NCBI GenBank assembly: GCA_026770705.1
Contig: JANJGN010000152.1
Location: 496,001 to 560,000 of the forward strand
DNA: 64,000 bases
DNA from: Isurus oxyrinchus
Lineage: Eukaryota
Direction of reading: 5' to 3'
A program made the translations under genes and the position numbers. Below the pieces are notes generated by a model, which worked only from the letters and a program-made list of their open reading frames with translations, was not told where the DNA came from and did no database searches. How positions within the stretch are numbered: position 1 is the stretch's first letter; each line of letters starts with the position of its first letter. Shown one piece after another: positions 25,861 through 38,700 of this stretch.

Positions 25861-27448
25861 AGCTGGTCCACGTGTTTGAGCTGTGTTCTCAACAATGACA
25901 TGTGCAGCTTTATCCTTGTCTCTAAGTGCTGTACAATCCACATGACTGTTTAGATTTTTTAAGTTTATTTAAGGCAATCAGCAGCTTGTTCCTCACCTTC
26001 AGCATCTGAATCCTGAATTTGCTCTCCGCCTTTCTCGTTTAAGTTAATACTTGCTTCTTTGTTACTTCTACATTTCGTCTACGGTGCATTTTGTTTTGCA
26101 TGAGGCAAACAGGCACGGAAACGTTTGGTGGCACTTTAGACCATTAACTCGTATTTTTATTCATTCATAGGATGTGGGCGTCGCTGACTAGGCTAGTATT
26201 TATTGCTTATCCTTAATTGCCCCTTTTCAAACGGCATTTATGTTTCGATCACGTTGCTGTGTGTCTGCAGTCACATGTAGGCCAGACCGGTAAAGGACGG
26301 CAGATTTCCTTCCCTAAGAGACATTTTTTTCTTCTGACGCTTACTAATTGTCCTTTTTGTCCTCTGCCTATATACCCAACGGGGCAGACACGCCACCTAC
26401 TGATGCATTCGGGTATATTTGATTTTTTGAATCTGTCAAACTGAGTTTCACTTCCTGAAATGTTCTATTTTTCAATTTATTTCACTTGTGGAGTGGCTAT
26501 TTGCTTCGTGGAGCAATGAGCTGAACATGGTGATAAATATTGTAGATATTGCATTTTGTTTATTTGAATTGCAGTGAGCGTAAATGATAAAAAAGTGATG
26601 TTTAATTGACAACCAAAAATATACATTCTCGGAATTTGGCTGTCAATGGTAATTCTGGTCCTTATTGTCCATCTGTAAGTGAATCTTGCAACATCTGTTC
26701 CTCCCGTGTTGACACTTTAACAATGTTGCCCATCATGTTTGGTGGGTCCAACTGAAATCATGTTCTATGTGGGCAGAGAATTCAGTCGAGAACTGAACAA
26801 CACCAGTGGGATCCTTCTCATCGATCCAACAAGGGCACAAGTCAGAGGAAGCCCTGAAGGAAACGTAGAAAGTTGCAGTCAGACCATACTCCATGAGCAC
26901 CGTCTTTAGTTCTCGCCACCAAGTAAGACTGAGGTCACTGAAACTTGGCGGGAATGCAGGGGTGATTCCTGATTCTTCAGATGGAACTGTTTGAGTTGAG
27001 AGGAAAAACGAAAACTATGTTTTCGGACTGTTACCAGCTGATTGTTGGTCGCACAGAAAGTGAACAGTTGAACAGGTCTTCACTCTAACTTACAGAGTCC
27101 AAATCCAGGGAATTTCCTGCGTAATAACTAGGGGGATTGTAGGGGCGTTAGGATGCCTGGAAGGACAAACTAAGATGGGACAAACTGCTTCGTCATCCGT
27201 CAGTACCTTATGACTCTGAAATTGGTGTTCGGCATCGAAAACAGGAAAATGACGAATGAGTCTCTGGTGATGATGTGAGCTAAACTGCGCTTCCACGGTT
27301 TCTGCAACTGGACTAATGTAAAACGAAACGACAACTATTGTGGTGTGATCTACTGTGGCTATCTGTCTGTGTACCCTTGCGTGCAAATATATGTTTATCT
27401 GTCTGCATCTGTTCCGATTTCCAATGTTGTAGGTGAGGCTTGTGCTCT

Positions 27449-27650
27449 CCAGCAGAGGGCGCCCTCTGATCTCTGGAACTCGGACTTGCGATCACAAAGT
27501 GAAGCTGCGAGGGAGCATGGACATTGATTGGGCATGGGGGAGGGGAATGCGCATGCTTCAGAGCATTTGCCTTGTGACGTCAGCCTGTGAACATGTGAAC
27601 GTCAGCTTTTTTGTCTCTACGACGTCACTCGGAGGTCAGTGTGACGTCAG
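27449..27650 (+). promoter_or_regulatory. Motif cluster: CTCF core, NRF1-like site, several CRE (TGACGTCA)
   Basis: CCAGCAGAGGGCGC 27449-27462; TGCGCATGC ~27548; TGACGTCA 27575 and 27642; GACGTCA 27621. Confidence 0.45.
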
Positions 27651-28019
27651 CTGGTCTTGTTTGAAAGTTAGTTGTGCTTCCTCCGAGATGACAGGACTAA
27701 AGTAATTGTTAAAGCTTTAAAGCTTCTTTAAATATTCAGAAAGAAAGAAAGGATTAGTGAGGACAAATGTAGGTCTTTACAGTCCAAACCGGGAGAATTT
27801 AGAAGAGAAAACAAGGTCATGGCAGAGCAATTAAAGTTTTTCTACGGGGCGGAAATTGAGCTGTGTAACTCTTTCGAATACAAACACGTTTCCATCTGCT
27901 TCAGATGAAGTTACATTGTTTCATAGTTTGCCATTGTGAGATTTGAACTCGGGCTAACAAGCCCAGTACCATAACCACTTGGCTATTTAGGCCAAGCCAA
28001 TTGAACTGTTTATCTGAGG

Positions 28020-28465
28020 GTCTCAGAGCACAGTCATAAACGGCGACCTCTGGCAGCTCCACCCAGAAACTCCCAGCGGAACCGTGACCTCTGTTCTCAG
28101 CTTTTTTATAAGTCCCTTCTTCGTGAAATTGGCTCATAAGGCGACATATTGGACAATAAGCAACAGGTTGACTGGAGCCCGACCAGGAAACTGCCAGCAC
28201 AAGAAAAGGTAATGGGCAATATCTGCTGTATTAAAATGACAAACCAGCATCACCTTCCTTCTCCTTCTCCTTCCCCCATTGTCCTGTCCAAATACTGTTT
28301 ACACACAGAACACCCGCTGGAACTGTTGGCTGGAAGAAAACTTGAACATTTAGAAACATTCGTCCCTTAACCAAACCTGATCATTATTTTTTCATTCGGA
28401 TTCCACATGTGCATTAACATCACAGTGAGCGCTAAAACCAGACAGAAATAAACAGAGAAACACAT
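28020..28465 (-). pseudogene. TCR alpha/delta V pseudogene; RSS replaced by a SINE-like repeat
   Basis: Leader MCFSVYFCLVLALT (ATG 28465); V exon from ~28329 RKVMLVCHFNTADIAHYLFLCWQFPGRAPVNLLLI...ELPEVAVYDCALR; stops and frameshifts; 27870-28010 resembles the repeat at 12010-12140. Confidence 0.8.
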
Positions 28466-28718
28466 CCCTGTTCACAAGTCCCAACGTGAGGACCGACCAC
28501 TTCTCTACTGTGGAAAAAACCTTAACCAGCACAGCAGCAAAATGAACTATTTCACCCTAAGACACACATAGGAATGGAGCTGTGTCAGCCCCATGCCATA
28601 TCCTCTTCGGACAATATCACACCATCAGTGATTAGAGGGAACTGGCCTGGCCGCTGTGAGTCCACTCGGCCAGCATTCCCGCCGCTGGCACAGATGCACA
28701 TTTATTCCTGGCTTATTT

Positions 28719-28732
28719 CCAGTAGGTGGCAG
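28719..28732 (+). promoter_or_regulatory. Candidate CTCF site upstream of a V pseudogene
   Basis: CCAGTAGGTGGCAG matches the CTCF core. Confidence 0.45.
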
Positions 28733-29284
28733 TTGCATCAATGAAGTTGAAAAGCTCTCCAAATGTCACTGTTAAAGACGCGGAAAATTATATGAGTATT
28801 AAAATTGTTAACAGGGGGCGTGACAGTGAGTTTTAGTGGATTTAGGATTAAAGTCAATTTGCGCAGAGTCTGTTATTTTAGAATATGAATTAAGTCTTAG
28901 TTCTTGAACTTCTGCTTCCCTACGGAAGGGTTACTTGTGGCGCTGCCATCTGAGCTGAAAAAAAAATTGTAGTGGGAGCTCCGACAAAGTCGGCTCACTC
29001 GATTGATGTGTAATAGAACTTTAAATCTCGATCCCCACGTTGGATGGTAATGTTGCTTGTTTTAATTATGCTTTATTTTTGTTTAAAACATTGAAGAAAA
29101 GAATGGAATGCGCAGTCACAAAGTGAACACACAATCAAGTTCTTCCACGCTCTGCCTAAGAGAAATGAAAGCTTTAGTCCTCTAATGTTCACTTTCTTCA
29201 TAATCATATCTTCCTTTGAAGCTGAATGATGACAGGGATGGACACTGGGGGTTGTTTGAATCAGCGGCGTAAATCAGAGTTCGA

Positions 29285-29314
29285 CTCACGCAGACGCACA
29301 CAGGCACCACCCCC

Positions 29315-29345
<31 letters not shown>

Positions 29346-29572
29346 GGTCACAGACAGACACATGCATACAGACACACAAACACACACAGAGACACACACA
29401 AAGGCACATGCACACAAACGCGCATACACACAAACGCTGACACATACAAACGCACACAGACACACGAACACACAGACGCACCCAAACACAAACAGACACA
29501 CAAACAGACGCACATACACTCATACACACACACTGAGACACACACACAAATGCAGACACTCGCAAACACACA
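29285..29572. repeat. Imperfect (CA)n microsatellite with poly-C run
   Basis: Direct inspection. Confidence 0.9.
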
Positions 29573-31209
29573 TTGATCAATGTAGCTGAGGGAAATCGAT
29601 TGGGTTACTTTATGGAATTATTGCAAATTGCTATTGTGGGTAGGACTTGGATCTTGCCAGATAAATGAACAAAGACGGGCAGAAATGCAACCCTTATTCT
29701 TAATGATCATATGAACTGTAAAAATGCAGCATGGAACAATTGTACCTTGGAGTTACATGATGCTTCCATGAGATGACGGTGTTCACCTTGCTGGTTTCAG
29801 TGTGCACGGAGAACGTCATTCGGTTACTTTTTTGAATAAAACTGATTAAAGAAACGGATTCGGAAGTAAAAGCGTCATTTACAAATGGAATTCGTGTTTA
29901 CTTTATAGTGATATTGTCAAATATTGAAGTATTGTCCGCGAGATATTGGAAATATATTCCATGAGACGTTCACCCAGTATCTACTTCCAGAAATGTACAG
30001 CAGGGCCGGAGGCCATTGGCTGTTTGTTTACGCGGCAGCCGGTAATTAGCAATCCAGCCTAAACTTACTTCTCAAGGTTTGATCAGTCGCCTTATAGGTT
30101 AAGACACTTGAAGGTGCATATCCTTTTTGTTAAATATTATGAAATCTTCTGCCACTGATATCCTTTCCAGCTGTGAGTTACAGAAGCCCACTGCCCTCTA
30201 GGTGAGAAAAAATCTCCTCGTTTTCCCTTTTATAACTCCCGCTTATTAACCAAAATCTATTCCCCCTTAGTTGCTGACCACACAGCCAAAGAGCTTAGAT
30301 CATGGTATCCAATTTTTTCAAAGTACTCATTATTTGATACGCTTCCTTTGAGTCTCCCCTTAGCCTCCTCTTTTCCGATGAAAAGAAGGCAAGACTGTCC
30401 AATATTTCCTCATAACTAATACCCTTCAGTCTAGGAAAGACCCTTATAAATGTCCTCCTAGTACAATCACATTAATATTTTTACAAAATATCCCATTCTG
30501 TTCAAACCTGTTCGTCAATCCTTATTTCAGTCAGATGGATGAGGTATCGCATTGTTGTGTTCAAATCCCTTCGGGGCCATTGTATGTCTGTATCTCCTGA
30601 AAATGGGCTGTGAATAGTTCTAATGAGAAGTGAGCAGGTTATTCAACGGGAGAAGCGAGCACTGATGCTGAAGCAACATTAACAATTTCCCTTCACTGTC
30701 CCAGATCCCCAGATTGCAGCAGTTTAGACAATTCAGATTCTCTTGTAGCTGTAGACACAATGGCTTCGAATTACTGCCCAAGCGTCCTGCGATCTGTTTC
30801 TTCCAGACACTTGCATTCATCATTTAAAGACGGGTAGTTCACACTGGGGGGCTGATGGCACTGAGCTGGCTGTATTCAGTATGAGAAGTGAGAAAGAACA
30901 AAAGTACAACATGTGACTCAGGGACGAGCAGATTCTCCCTCCTAAATGGTCCTCACGAATTTTTTTAACTGGCCGAGAAAGTCTCCCAATGCATTGTCGG
31001 GTGACAGAATGAATCTAATTCTAGAGTTGTTTGCATCGAGTCTCTTTCTCATTCGCACCAAAATAATTTACAGCTAAATGTGCATCGATAATCTCCACCG
31101 GATAATAGCAATTGTTTGCATATCTATTTATAGGTCGATGTATTTGTGTATTTTTGTGTGTTTGTCTATGTATGAGTATGAAAATGTGTATATATCATGT
31201 CTATGTGTA

Positions 31210-32200
31210 TCGCGAGGCTTGGTGAATTTTGCTGCAAAGACTTGATATACAAGAATTTTCAGCAAAACCATGCAATTATTTCATGATCATATCACTGCAA
31301 TAATCTTGAGTGGCAGAGTTAAAAAAGACACATTGGAAATCCGGACTCGGCTCAAGCAAAGCTGTGTGATAGCGCCCTTGCTGTTTACAATCTGCCTGAC
31401 AGTGTCTATTCACCTAAACAAAGATCAACGGCCCTCTGGTGGCAGTGTTAAGCACCGCTTCTGTGGAAAACTGTAACTCAGTCACCTCCGCACCAAAATT
31501 AAACTGACCATCACATTATCAACAGTTTGAAGAGAACTGCGGTGTCATTGCGCACTGTGCGGTGCGCTTACAAACCATTCTTGATTTCTTCAATTCTGCA
31601 AACAGGAGATTCAGCCTGCACTTGAAATTTTCCAAAACAAAACTCAAATTTCAACTCAAATCTGGCCAGTCAAGTATTCTACCTGCCATAAATGTTGAAG
31701 GAGAGAATGTGGAATAAGTGGCAGCCAGCTCTCTCAAAAGGCCACCACTGACGAGGAGATTCAACACCAGCTTCGCCTTCTGAAAACTACGACAGTGAGT
31801 GTTCACAAAAAAGACCTCCGCAAGACAACAGTGGTCCGAATGTACAGAGCAGTTGCCATCAACAGGCTCCCGTACCGCAGTGAGAACTGGGCCGGTTATC
31901 AATGAAGCCTAACAGCTCAAGAGGATTTCCATCAGCAATGACTCGCCACGCCATTTGGTTTCATGGTAGGACCATTGAACAAACAGTTGTATCCTTCTTG
32001 GAGTCAGCTCCATAAGCATTCATGAAAGACTTGTGCAAAATCAGTTACAGTGGTCTGGACACTGTGTCAGGATGGGCTAAAAGCGTCTCCACCACCAGGT
32101 TCCTTTCTCTCAACTTTCCAATGGCCAACACCCCAGAGGAGGGCAAATAAAGCATCTCAAGGGCACCCTGAAGATTTCCTTGAAGTGCGGGGTAGATCTC
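31210..32200 (+). mobile_element. RTE-clade LINE RT remnant
   Basis: QLFHD...IRTRLKQSCVIAPLLFTICL (GVKQGCVLAPTLF-like); ncagttacagtggtctggacac resembles the QLRWxGH motif. Confidence 0.7.
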
Positions 32201-33733
32201 GCACTGTACACCCAGGGATGAGCAAACTTCCTTGCCCGGGGGCCACATCTGGGTATGGAAATCGTTTGTGGACCGTAAATGCTGCTGAACAATTAAAACA
32301 AATATTGATTTTGGTACAAATAAACATTATACATTTGCGATTAGAATTGTTAAACCATCACAGAATTTATAGAATTATTCAAAATCACAAGAGTCTGGAA
32401 AGGGTATATTGGGAGAAACTCCTCCCATTTGTGGAAGGATCGATAACCAAAGGAGACAGCTCTAAGATATTTGGCAGAAAAAGCAGCGGCGACATTAGGA
32501 AAAACTTTTCCATGCAGCGAATGATTAGGATCTGGAATGCAGGTTGATCGGGACTTTCAAAAGGGAACTGGGTCGTTATCTGTAAAAGATTTTAAAAAAA
32601 GACACAGTTTACAGGAAAAAGACTATGAATAGGATTGGATGAATTTATCCTCCGGGGGCCAGCAAAAGCGCAAAGGACCTAACGATCTTCTTCTGTGCTC
32701 TTCTGACTCTATGAGTCTATTACGATGCATTGCAATAATTTAACCAAACAGCCGCTTCTCAAACTCTCTTGACTTCATGTAAACAGCATAGTTGGTCACC
32801 CTCATTACTAAGACATCAACGTATGGTTTCGGACTTGTTCTGGAAATACACAATAAGTAATTGCGATGCTGGTGATTTAGTTGGATCTGTAGAGTGTTTT
32901 GCTGCATTTCAGCAAAGAAAAGGTTTGTGTGCGCACATCGGTGGAGCCTAACATAACAGGGATTTTCTTTGCCACCTTGAAGATAATTGGGAGCGCAGGT
33001 TCTCTCAAGGAAGCAGAAAATCTGTCAAATTATTCTGGATTGTTGTTTTCCATGAAAGTTTTATCTTTATGCTGGAAAAGCTTCAGGTTGTCAGCCTTCT
33101 CTGTCACATTCTTCTGCCCTCCAGAAAGTTTGCAGTGTTATGACAATAATGTGATTATGGGAAATTTATCTCTTACTTTGCCCTTATGACAGGATGTTAA
33201 GGAAACTGGCCGACAGCCACAAAAGTTTAAACAAATCAAAGAACAAAGTCAGAAATTAAGGTAGAAAATCCTAGTCAGGCATCTATCTGCATTACAGCCA
33301 ACACAGCTTCTGATGTTCTGATCTAATCAACTATTTTATCTGCATCCCATCTGAAAGGTGCATCTCCGGAACTGCAGTAATCCCTCAGTTCTGCACTGCA
33401 GAATTAGCCTGATTCACTGGGACTTGAAGCCAGAATCGCCTGATTTAGAGGCAACAGCGCCACCAAGTGACTCACCGTTGTCGCGGGGCAAGTAGAATAT
33501 AAGTTTGGGTAACTTGGATTATTCATGGTTAATTTTTTACCATTTAGGAAACAGCGGTGTATAAACAGGAAATAGAGGAGGAGTTAGGTTTCTGAAGGGG
33601 AAGATGGTGAACCCTAGCCTGACACTGGGTTCCAGCCAGTTTAAAAAGTGAACGGTTCAGTTTGAAATTAACAATCAGGAAGCGGTGTCGGGGAGTCTTT
33701 ACAAGGCTGGAGAAACTTCTACCGAAAAAGCAA

Positions 33734-33782
33734 ATGATGGTGCTCTTCCTGTACCTCTGTTTGTTTCTAGTTAGCTTTACTT
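33734..33782 (+). CDS. Leader exon of IgH-like V (MMVLFLYLCLFLVSFT)
   Basis: Hydrophobic signal peptide; phase-1 donor T|GTGAGT. Confidence 0.9.
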
Positions 33783-33902
33783 GTGAGTGCTGATCATTTA
33801 TTGATCGTAGAGTCATTAATATTTTAAATATTCTGGTTTACTTTGTTGCATTTTAAAATGTCTCTTTTCACCGAGATTTGCTCCTTTATAATTTGCTCGT
33901 AG

Positions 33903-34202
33903 GTATCCGGGCCAGCATTGTGCTAACCCAACCGGATTCCATCTCCAAAAACATTGGTGACTCTCTCCAACTGTCTTGTGCGGTGAGTGGGTACAATATC
34001 AACCAACATCATATGCACTGGATTAGAGAGGTCGCCGGGGGAGGGTTGGAATCCATACTCGCTTATAGGAAAGGGTACAACACCTCTTACGCGCCTGGAG
34101 TTCAAAGTCGAATCACTTTTTCAACTGAATCTTCCACAACCTATGTTGAGTTGAATAATTTGAAAACCGAGGACACGGCCATCTATTACTGTGCGAGGCA
34201 GT
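33903..34202 (+). CDS. Open IgH-type (VH; IgW- or TAILV-like) V exon
   Basis: ag|(C)IRASIVLTQPDSISKNIGDSLQLSCAVSGYNINQHHMHWIREVAGGGLESILAYRKGYNTSYAPGVQSRITFSTESSTTYVELNNLKTEDTAIYYCARQS; canonical Cys, Trp and YYCAR. Confidence 0.93.
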
Positions 34203-34241
34203 CACGGTGAGAGAAACCAAGGCTGGACCCAGGAAAAAACA
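34203..34241 (+). other. V 3' RSS with 22/23 spacer
   Basis: CACGGTG 34203-34209; A-rich nonamer GGAAAAAAC/GAAAAAACA. Confidence 0.8.
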
Positions 34242-34574
34242 GAACGAGGGGGAATCTAAACGCTCCAGGCAGAACACCTCGTTCAGAAACAATGTTCGTA
34301 ATACAGTCTGACTCTGAACCTCGAGTTACCCCTTAACAAATGAATTTCAGCAAAACAATTGTTTGCTTTCTCATGTGTATTATGTTTAGCAAAAATGTTT
34401 GGAGACCCAGGGGCTAACGTTTCAACAATATGCTATTGAAGGATTTTAGAAGGACTGGCGATACATTCCTATCAGTTGGAATGAATCTATCCTGAACACT
34501 TCTCATCGTTGACAGTAAAGCAAACGCTCGTGAAATGGAGTCTGAAAGTCAGGATTTGATCAGAAAGGGAATGC

Positions 34575-34649
34575 AGTATTTGTGCGGGCGTGTGTCACTG
34601 TGATACTATGGGGTGGGGTATCACATTACTAACTGTCAATACAAAAAAC
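34575..34649 (+). other. D segment ATACTATGGGGTGGGGTAT with 12/12 RSSs
   Basis: AGTATTTGT-12-CACTGTG (34575-34602), D 34603-34621, CACATTA-12-ACAAAAAAC (34622-34649). Confidence 0.88.
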
Positions 34650-34977
34650 CCGACAGAACTTATAGGCTCAGTCTGGATCACTGACTGCGAGTATGAGTTC
34701 GCTATACATGTGGTGAAGCAGTGTTGATATTGTAATCCAGAACTGAAACTCTCGCCGGGTTTAAGAGAGAGAGAGAGAGAACTGCTAGATAATTATTCAG
34801 GAATCAGTTGGTGATTGGAAGAAGCATTCAATTTGGGCAATCAAATAAGGAAAGACTGATGTATAAACATGAAAATTAATGAAATTGTACCTTTGTTATG
34901 CTTTAGAAATCTATTGTTAGTTGTGCGATGTTACTTTCTAAAAGAATGGCCTCTTTCCTCAATTTTATGCAGGACCC

Positions 34978-35070
34978 ATTTATTGTGTGGCCCATTGCAG
35001 GGAATGTAACACAGTGGTACTGATAGCCTTGACTACTGGGGACAAGGTACCAAAGTTACAGTGACGGCAG
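34978..35070 (+). CDS. IgH-type J (TDSLDYWGQGTKVTVTA) with 23-RSS
   Basis: ATTTATTGT-23-CACAGTG (34978-35016); coding 35017-35070 with WGxG; donor G|GTAAG. Confidence 0.93.
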
Positions 35071-36499
35071 GTAAGAAACATGCACTATCTTAATAATTAG
35101 GTTATATTCCTGTCTTTATCTTAAATTATGTTTTTTTTTAATTAATTACTTTGGCCATCCATTATGATTAGTGGGCTCTTTAAGTTTGAATGCAATGTTA
35201 CTTGTGATTGTGCTCAAGGTGCTGTTAGAATAAAGCGACTGTTCCAGAGTAGGTGCCGGTCTGGGGTTGAACCTCTCACTAAACTGTTGATGTTATACGG
35301 ACAGAATCTGACAACAGTAAACAAATGAGTTCTGTGACAGTCTATGTCTCTGGCCCTTTTCATGATATATTGATATTCTTTGAGATGATGTGATACCGTA
35401 GTATTGTGACAGAGTTGAACATTCGCGAATCTTCGCTGTGAAACACAGAACTATTTCAAATAGACCATTGCTAAGTCCGTCATTTGAAATACACTCCGAG
35501 AGCAGATCAGTTTTATGTCATGTTATTATGTTTTACAATGTGGATAATTTACCGCGAGCATCTAGTGAGAAAAGAATATTAGAATCACAGATCATTTCAA
35601 TGTGATTTTATTGAAGAAAGAAAAGCATTTGCCAGTTGTGCGTAACTTTTGGAACGATACACGATATATTCATAAAAAAGCAAAATACTGTGGATGCTGG
35701 AAATCTGAACTAAAAACAGAAAATGCAGGAACAACTCAGCACGTTTGGCAGCATCTATGGAGAATGAAACAAAGTTAACGTTTCGAGATCGTATGGCTCT
35801 TCTTCAGAGTTCTGACTCGAAACATTAACACTGTTTCTCACTCAATTTGTTAATATTGATTAAGTTTATATTGGAAGCCCTAAATTGAACAGAGTGATGG
35901 AGTGTAGTGTGATAGCCTCTAAAACACAAAAGTTATCAGACACAAACAGTTGCAAATTTCACATTTGTTCATCTTATTAAAATACAGCAAACATTTACAA
36001 ATTTCGGAGGTGATTTAGAGAACGATTTAAATTCGTTTTTTCCTAATATGTGAAATACGCCCTGAGAATAGACGGAGTTTATGCTATATCATTTTGTTCA
36101 AAAACATGTAATGTTTATAAGGGTGCAAGCAGATAGTAAGACTGCTCATTTTAAATCAATGAAGTTGAATTTGCTTCAAGTAAAATAACATTAACCAAAT
36201 GTATTCATATATTGAGTGGACACTAAATTTTTAATATTGATAAAGTATCCTGTTAACCTAACTTGAACGGTAAAATCTCGCGAATTACCAGGCAGGAGCA
36301 GGATTGAAATTGATATTAACTAATACCTTTATAATACAGGATACATGAACGAATGGATATTATCTTGCACGAATATTATCTGACAATAATTCGAACTTTT
36401 TATCGCATCAAACATAAACAACCTTCTACAATTTCATTGTAAACTGGCCAGGATTACCATGAGTGCAAATTCTGAAGGGTTGCAGAGAATATTTAATGA

Positions 36500-38700
36500 T
36501 ATGACAGAGCCCTGGAATAATAGAGTCACTGTGGGCAGGAAGGCATTCGGGGCATCGAGTGCATGCTGGACGTCTGTAGAACAAACCAGTTAGTCACACT
36601 CCAATGCTGTACCCTCATAGCCCTGGAAGTTTTGACTTCCCTGTCGTGTCAATCTAATTTCCTTTCTCAAATCATTGATAGTGTCCACCATTGCCACCAT
36701 ATTTGGCAACGAGTCATACCATGCGCTTCACAAAAGTCTCTTCCTCACACTGCCAGTACCTTTTTGTCAAAAACTTTACAACACGTGTCCCAAAACTCTT
36801 GAACTATTAATTAATGAAAACACCTTTTCTTTGCCTATTTCTGTGACACTTTTTATATTTTTGCACATTTTATCAAATCTCCCCTTACTCTCCTTTCCTC
36901 CAAGGACAACCCAGCTTCTCCAATATAACATTGTAGCTGAATTTCCTTAAGCCTAGAAGCATTCTGGTAAATCCCCTCTGCATCCTTTCAAGGACAGCCA
37001 CAGCTTTCCTAAAGTGTGGTTACCAGAACTGGATGCAAAACTCAATTTTCTACCTCACCAGTGATTTATTAAGGATCAGCACAATTTTCCTGATTTTGTA
37101 CTCAATTCCTTTATTTATGACGCCCAAGATCCAAATGCATTGCTAAATGATCTCTCAATATGCCCAGCCACATTCAAAGGTCGATGCATATGGACCTCAG
37201 GCCCCTCTCCCATCGTGCATTCTTTAGAACGGTACCTTTAAATCTATATTGCCCCTCCCAGGCTCTACTGCGAAAATGCATCACCTCTCAATTCTGTGTT
37301 AAATTCCATCAGAACTTGTTTACCCCTCTGCTAGCCCATCTAGTTTCTGTTGCAGCCGCTCGTATCACACTCATTGTTTGTGACACCTCAAGCCTTGGTA
37401 TCATCCACATATTTTGAAACTTCATTCCGCGTTCCAATGTCCAAGGCATAGAATCTCAATTTATTGCATTTGATCTGCTTTTTACTTGATCAATTTTGCT
37501 GATATGCATTATGCACCCTCTATTTTGTTTAATCACATTTACTATCTCCCCCTCCATCCAAGGAGCAATGACTTTGGGTTCTCCTACGTTTTGCTCTTAT
37601 TGGAATGTAACAAGGTTGCACCGAAAATATCTTGTCCTTAAAATCATCCGTTGTTCCGTTACTGCTTTTTTTCTCAGTCTTTGGTTCTATTTTCACTAAA
37701 TCCCCTCACATTACATTAAATTTAGTCCTCTTCCAATTTAGAAGTTTTACTTTAGATTGTTACTTGCTGTTCTGTATTACTAGTCAGAACCATATGACAC
37801 GATGATCACTTCTATTCATGTGTTTTCCACAGACATTTAGCCCATGTAATCCACGTTATTCCCCAACCCAAACTCCAGTAATTCCTCCTTCCTGGTTGGG
37901 CCGGAAGCAGACTGGATAAGGAATTCGCCCTGAACACATTTCCTAAATTCCTCCCACTCCTTATCCTTCCCTAAAACATTATTTCAATCGACATTTGGGT
38001 AATCAGAAAGTCCCAAAATAACACAAGTATTTGCATCTCTGTGATTTCCCTACAGATTCGCTCTCCTTTTTTCTTTCTCTCTCACTCCTGCCTCTCTTTC
38101 ACTCTTTCTCCCCACCACCCCGCCCCCACCCCCCACCCCCCACCCCCACTCTCTCCCACTCATCCCTCTCTCTTTCTCTCTCTTTCGGACTCTCCATTTG
38201 GCCAATACAATACCCTTCACAGCGTGGTCAACCGTTTTCCACTTCTCAGCTCGAACCAAATTGATTCTTCTCTTGTCGCCTCAAGGACATCCTCTCCTTC
38301 CAACACTGTAATGTCTTTCCCAGTCAACACCGCAACCCCACCTCCTCTTCGCCCTCCCCTGTCTTCGTGCTTACCATTTCTAAGCCGGATTTCCCTCATA
38401 GTTACTACATCATTGTCCAAACGGATATTTGTGATTGCAACTCACCAACTTTATTCACCAGACTCTTTGCTCTCACATACCCACATTTCAAACCTATCTT
38501 TGGATTGCCCGTCAACCATTTTAGTCCATTCTATCTGATAGGATGCTATTTCATTCTCTATTAATATCCAACAGTCTACCTCAATTTATGTATGTTATTA
38601 ACCTGTTCTCCTAAGATATGTTGATGTCCACCCGCCCTCCACCCCCGAAAATTTAGTTCAAAACATCTCCAGCAACTCTAGTGAATGTTTTTCTTCATTC
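36500..38700 (-). mobile_element. Old CR1 LINE fragments
   Basis: DRGGRRGGGVAVL...ESIWFELR endonuclease motif; reverse CR1 3' sequence. Confidence 0.7.

Noticed and set aside
28421-28460. Plus-strand CACAGTG as an RSS
   Set aside because: No nonamer at 12 or 23 nt; it lies within a minus-strand leader remnant.
29182-29589. Cys/Val- or His/Thr-rich ORFs
   Set aside because: Translations of a CA/TG microsatellite.
29730-29900. FR3-like NRMTFSVHTETSKVNTVIS...YNC on the minus strand
   Set aside because: No FR1/FR2 or RSS recognisable; too weak to call.
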